Positions 43,423 through 47,537 of a stretch of 47,537 nucleotides of DNA are shown in pieces. The DNA is from a virus. Lineage: Duplodnaviria; Caudoviricetes. The stretch's first letter is position 1, and every line of letters begins with the position of its first letter. Below the pieces are notes generated by a model that saw only the letters and a list, made by a program, of their open reading frames with translations, ran no database searches and had not been told where the DNA came from. The DNA lies in the IMG/VR virus record IMGVR_UViG_3300012942_000010, positions 1 to 47,537 of that record; one strand, written 5' to 3'. The position numbers and the translations under genes are program-made.

Positions 43423-43917
43423 ATGAGTGACAACATTAATCACCCGTCGCACTACGCCGAGGGCTGGTCTAACGGCTCTGAGGTTATCGACATCACGGAG
43501 CATTTGAATTTCAACCGTGGTAATGCGGTTAAGTATCTGGCTCGTGCCGGTAAGAAGAACCCGGACAACGAACTGGAAGACCTGTACAAGGCTCAGTGGT
43601 ATATCAACCGCGAGCTTAAGCGGGTTGAGTTGCGCGTAACCGCCGATAAGGCGGCAAGGGATGAGGAAGCTAAGCAGATTACACAGCAGTTGGCTAAGCA
43701 TCCGCGTACTTGGCGCAGTCTCGCCGATGTTCCGGACGGAAAGATAGTCACCGATAAAGAAGGTGACGAGTGGTACCGAGACAACGCGGATCGTTATCAC
43801 TACCGCCAGGGTAAAGACTCCGAAGGGTACGGCTATCTGTCGGAGTGGCGTAGGTCGCCTGATCCAATCGAAGTTGATGACGCCGAGTTTGGACCCTTTA
43901 CGGAAGTGATTGCATGA
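43423..43917 (+). CDS. DUF3310 protein fused to a W..L.DVP...FGPFTEV module
   Basis: DNINHPSHY, GNAVKYLARAGKK and EDLYKAQWY. Confidence 0.85.
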   Translation: MSDNINHPSHYAEGWSNGSEVIDITEHLNFNRGNAVKYLARAGKKNPDNELEDLYKAQWYINRELKRVELRVTADKAARDEEAKQITQQLAKHPRTWRSLADVPDGKIVTDKEGDEWYRDNADRYHYRQGKDSEGYGYLSEWRRSPDPIEVDDAEFGPFTEVIA

Positions 43918-44681
43918 GTAAACGTATCGTGGTAGTGCCTGATCTCCAGATTCCGTATCATGATCGTAAGGTCCTGAAGACGTTCATTGATTTTATCGGC
44001 GACTACCAGCCGAGCGAAGTAGTCATGATCGGAGATGTTCTGGACTTCCCCCAGCCTTCGCGCTGGAACAAGGACACCCGAGGAGAGTTCGAGGGGAGTA
44101 TCTACAAAGACGTAGAGGTAGCTAAGAGGGACTTGTTTGGCCCGCTGAGGGACGCTTACGACGGGCCGGTGGGCTTCCACGAGGGCAACCACGATGAGCG
44201 CCCACGGGTGTATTTGGACAAGTACGCGCCCGCACTGAGCGGTACGGACAGCTTTGACATGGCTTCGCTGTGTGACTTTGACCAGTACGGAATCAAGACT
44301 CTTCCCGAGTTCCACGATGTTGCCCCCGGCTGGGTTAGCACTCACGGGCACAAGGGCGGTATCCGTATCAACCAGATTGCGGGTAACACCGCTATGGGTG
44401 CGGCTCGTAAGTTCGGCACGAGCGTTGTCATGGGCCACACTCACCGGCTGGGGATCATCTCGCACACCTCCGGGTACGCCGGAAAGGTTACTTCCACGCT
44501 TACCGGGTTCGAGGTAGGCAACATGATGGATATGACCAAGGCGGGATACCTGAAGGGCGGTACGGCTAACTGGCAGCGAGGATTCGGCATTTTGGAGGTT
44601 GACGGTAAAACCGTGTCTCCGATCGCTGTTCCCATTATTGGCCGGAGCTTCCGTGTAGACGGTTTTACGTGGAGGTTTTAG
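43914..44681 (+). CDS. Calcineurin-like metallophosphoesterase (Bxb1 gp47-like)
   Basis: PDLQIP, IGDVLD, GNHD, THGH and GHTHR. Confidence 0.9.
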   Translation: MSKRIVVVPDLQIPYHDRKVLKTFIDFIGDYQPSEVVMIGDVLDFPQPSRWNKDTRGEFEGSIYKDVEVAKRDLFGPLRDAYDGPVGFHEGNHDERPRVYLDKYAPALSGTDSFDMASLCDFDQYGIKTLPEFHDVAPGWVSTHGHKGGIRINQIAGNTAMGAARKFGTSVVMGHTHRLGIISHTSGYAGKVTSTLTGFEVGNMMDMTKAGYLKGGTANWQRGFGILEVDGKTVSPIAVPIIGRSFRVDGFTWRF

Positions 44682-44689
44682 GTGTCGAA

Positions 44690-44702
44690 CTTGACAGTGT
44701 CG
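44690..44702 (+). promoter_or_regulatory. Stoperator CTTGACAGTGTCG
   Basis: 12/13 match, intergenic. Confidence 0.8.
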
Positions 44703-44745
44703 GAGGAGTTCTCCGACCGGGAACAAGCTGTACTCAACATGAGCG

Positions 44746-45603
44746 ATGAAGAGTATTGGATCTATTTTGAACGGAGGTTGGCAGGGCTTGATTACGACAA
44801 AGCTATTGAATGAAGTACACCGAATCGCCGTACGACTCCATGAGCGTAATTGGTCCTCTGCCGTATCCGTAGATCAGATAGACGACGTAGTGCAAGAGTT
44901 TGTGTGTCACTACTTGTCCGCTAAGGGCTTCAGGTATGCGCTCGACTCATGCGAGAACGCTGCACATCGTAAGGCGCTGATCACCCCACAGATTAATCGG
45001 TTGTATTCCGAGATGTGTCAGAGCGAGCGTTTGGCCGCTAATCAGGAGACGTATTCGATCGAGTCGGTTAAGGATGAGCTGAAAGGTGTGTCAACAAACA
45101 GGCGGATAGTCGACTTGTTGCCCGATGCTATGAAGGCACTAGATGTGCGCCACGCGGCGTATTCCGAAGCTTTGCGCTCGCGGTACCTAGACGAAGTCAT
45201 TCCGGAACAAGGTGCTGACGCGCAACTGTTGACCGACGCTCACCGAGCTATCACGGACGAAGTCAACCGGTTGAACCGTGGTGACTGGGTGTTCCGTGAT
45301 GGTCCGTCTCTGAAAAACGCCGTTCCGGCTGAGGAGCGTAAAGGCAAGGGAGCGACGTCGGACCCTACAGCGGATATGGCTATCGCTGTCATGTCCTCCG
45401 CAGAGGCACGGGACGTGTTCTATGGGGAAATCCCGGCGTATGGGCTTAATGTCCAACTAATCCATGAGCCGACACCTAATCCGGTGTGGTCGATATTCGA
45501 TGATGATTTCCGGGATATGCCGGGAGTCCACAGTTACCGGGCATCGGTGTTCCCGGACCTTTATCCGAACGAGCGGAGTAATTGGAATGATTCGGAGAAT
45601 TGA
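44746..45603 (+). CDS. Putative sigma-like DNA-binding protein
   Basis: DDVVQE, YSIESVKDELKG, YSEALRSRY and DPTADMA; synteny before RNR. Confidence 0.6.
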   Translation: MKSIGSILNGGWQGLITTKLLNEVHRIAVRLHERNWSSAVSVDQIDDVVQEFVCHYLSAKGFRYALDSCENAAHRKALITPQINRLYSEMCQSERLAANQETYSIESVKDELKGVSTNRRIVDLLPDAMKALDVRHAAYSEALRSRYLDEVIPEQGADAQLLTDAHRAITDEVNRLNRGDWVFRDGPSLKNAVPAEERKGKGATSDPTADMAIAVMSSAEARDVFYGEIPAYGLNVQLIHEPTPNPVWSIFDDDFRDMPGVHSYRASVFPDLYPNERSNWNDSEN

Positions 45604-45787
45604 AATCTCTGACGAGTTTGTCTATCGACAGTACAGCCGAAAAGTTGTTTTTCGTGATGTAGACACCGGCGAAAAGTTCGACATTTTCCCTTCCGACATG
45701 CCTGATTTGTTCGCGGGGAAGGTGTTTGAGGTTAACGCACGTGAATCTAACCGAGGCGGTTACAAGTGCCTGAAGGTGGCTAAGTGA
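45587..45787 (+). CDS. Hypothetical protein
   Basis: GGAG RBS; overlap. Confidence 0.6.
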   Translation: MIRRIEISDEFVYRQYSRKVVFRDVDTGEKFDIFPSDMPDLFAGKVFEVNARESNRGGYKCLKVAK

Positions 45788-45789
45788 AA

Positions 45790-47537
45790 ATGACAGAGAC
45801 CGGTGAGCTGGTCTACCAGCGAACCTACGCACGGACCAAGCCAGACGGCACGAAAGAAACATGGCCGGAGACAGTGGAACGGGTGGTTGATGGAAACCTG
45901 GCGCTCGTCAGCGAGCGTCACCAGCTCCCCGGCGAGCGTGACCAGCTTATCGAGATGATGACCGAGCTTAAGATCATCCCGGCTGGACGCCATCTCTGGG
46001 CTTCCGGAGTCAAGAATGCACAGCATTTGTTTAATTGCTGGGTGTCCGGTTGGACCATGGTTCCTAGCGATCACTTCGAGTTCACGTTTATGCGATTGAT
46101 GGAAGGTGGGGGAGTAGGGGCCAACTACTCGAACAAACACCTTGGGGACTACGACCGTATCCAGCACCCGCACTCGGTAGAAATCGTGTGCGATCCTTCG
46201 CACCCGGACTACCAGGTTATGAAAAACACTGGGGTTCTCTCGGAACGGTATGACTCCGAGTGGTCGGGTGCCTTCCCGGTAGAGGATTCTCGCGAGGGCT
46301 GGGCCGCAGCCCTGGTCGACCTTATCGACACGTTCTACCGCCCGAACGTGGAGCACTTCCACCGGGTGTACGACGTGTCTCGGGTCCGGCAGGCTGGGGC
46401 AAAGCTTAAGACGTTCGGCGGTACCGCTAGTGGTCCACTGCCGTTGGCTCATATGCTCATCCGTGTAGGTGACGTGTTCAGCAATCGTGTTGGGCAACGG
46501 CTTGACGGTATCTCCGCTATGGAAATCGACCACGCTATTGCTCAGTGCGTGGTTGCGGGTGGTGTTCGCCGGTCGGCGCGTATGGCAATGATGGTGTGGG
46601 ATGATCCGCAGATTGCGGAGTTCATCCAGATCAAGTCCGATACCGGTAGCCACTGGACAACCAATATCAGTGTCGAGGTGGACGAACGATTCTGGCAGTG
46701 CATCAACGGTGAAGGTCGACACCCTCAGTACGTAGAACTTGCCAAGAGGGTATTGGAATCAATCTCCGAAGGGATGGTTCGGAACGGTGAGCCGGGTTTC
46801 TGGGATTCTTCGCTGAGCAACGAGCATGAGCCTAACCCGGTTATCTGCACTAATCCTTGTGGGGAAATCACCCTCGAAGCGTGGGAGCCCTGCAACCTGG
46901 GGCATGTGAACCTAGCTGCGTTCATTGGTGAAGATGGGTACGTTGATTACAGCGAATTGAACCTAGCTCATGAACTTATGACTAGGTTCCTTATCCGTGC
47001 AACGTTCGCCCCGGTGAGTGATCCTAAGTCGAGGGAAGTCCTTGACCGTAACCGGCGTATTGGCGTAGGGCATCTCGGGGTGGCTTCGTATCTCGCGATG
47101 TCGGGTATTGGGTACTCGGATGCGCCCGACAGTTTTTTTGATTATGACCTAGAGGACTTGTCGCGTACGGTCGATTACGCGGCTCAGAAGTTCTGTAGGG
47201 AGCTTCGTATCCCGGTTCCGGTAAAACTTCGCACAGTGGCCCCTACAGGCACCATTGCGAAGCTCGCCGGAGTCTCTGAGGGTATCCACCCAATATTTAG
47301 CCGGTACTTCATCCGGCGTATCCGGTTCTCCAAGCTGGACCCCGACCAAGCCTTTACAGTCCTGGAATACATGAATAAGGGGTATACCGTCGAGGTCGAC
47401 CAGTATGCGGCCAACACTTGGGTAGTTTCTATTCCGACTAAGGATACGTTGGTCGCTGAGGTAGAAGCTCGGGGATTCGATGAGTCTATTGTTCAGTCTG
47501 CGGATGATTTGTTGCTTAGCGACATGCTAGATATGCA
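45790..47537 (+). CDS. nrdJ: Class II (B12-dependent) ribonucleotide reductase, N-terminal part
   Basis: [36 protein letters not shown] and APTGT; no beta subunit gene; wraps to 388. Confidence 0.93.
   Translation, partial: MTETGELVYQRTYARTKPDGTKETWPETVERVVDGNLALVSERHQLPGERDQLIEMMTELKIIPAGRHLWASGVKNAQHLFNCWVSGWTMVPSDHFEFTFMRLMEGGGVGANYSNKHLGDYDRIQHPHSVEIVCDPSHPDYQVMKNTGVLSERYDSEWSGAFPVEDSREGWAAALVDLIDTFYRPNVEHFHRVYDVSRVRQAGAKLKTFGGTASGPLPLAHMLIRVGDVFSNRVGQRLDGISAMEIDHAIAQCVVAGGVRRSARMAMMVWDDPQIAEFIQIKSDTGSHWTTNISVEVDERFWQCINGEGRHPQYVELAKRVLESISEGMVRNGEPGFWDSSLSNEHEPNPVICTNPCGEITLEAWEPCNLGHVNLAAFIGEDGYVDYSELNLAHELMTRFLIRATFAPVSDPKSREVLDRNRRIGVGHLGVASYLAMSGIGYSDAPDSFFDYDLEDLSRTVDYAAQKFCRELRIPVPVKLRTVAPTGTIAKLAGVSEGIHPIFSRYFIRRIRFSKLDPDQAFTVLEYMNKGYTVEVDQYAANTWVVSIPTKDTLVAEVEARGFDESIVQSADDLLLSDMLDM
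47415..47537. repeat. Terminal direct repeat, copy 2
   Basis: Identical to 1-123. Confidence 0.97.

Noticed and set aside
1059-44702. 13-bp repeats as a CRISPR array, with the RecB-like gene as cas4
   Set aside because: The repeats are dispersed and short with no spacers; solo Cas4-like nucleases are ordinary phage genes.
43833-46722. Long antisense ORFs (297 aa and 320 aa; also 2344-3093)
   Set aside because: Shadow frames opposite well-supported genes.
47415-47537. 123-bp terminal repeat as a biological DTR
   Set aside because: It falls mid-RNR with the frame continuous across the join, which is typical of an assembler overlap.

Overview
The window is a complete, circularly assembled temperate siphophage genome of 47,414 bp (bases 47415-47537 repeat 1-123). 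The host is inferred to be a mycolic-acid actinobacterium (Nocardia/Rhodococcus/Gordonia/Mycobacterium-like), from the LGFP-repeat lysin, the PE-PPE cutinase and the mycobacteriophage cluster A-like genes. The plus-strand early/replication arm (about 34930 through the end, then 1-6894) resembles cluster A phages: gp71-like repressor, nine oriented 13-bp CTTGACAGTGTAG stoperators, RecB-like nuclease, antirepressor, helicase, EndoVII, split primase, NrdH, phosphoesterase, class II RNR, ThyX, PolA and dCMP deaminase. The minus-strand late arm (34200-9521) carries HNH genes, five UNN-anticodon tRNAs, terminase, portal, capsid, tail and lysis genes. The centre holds a Bxb1-type serine integrase with an adjacent attP and small leaderless cassettes. 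The most unusual feature is three non-canonical tRNA-shaped RNAs that keep the acceptor stem and T arm but have remodelled anticodon regions: a 240-nt tRNA shell with a ~160-nt structured insert ending the early leader, a 178-nt tRNA-within-tRNA element heading the late arm, and an 8-nt-loop tRNA before the scaffold/capsid genes. Protein calls come from motif recognition and all RNA folds were paired by eye; no searches were run.
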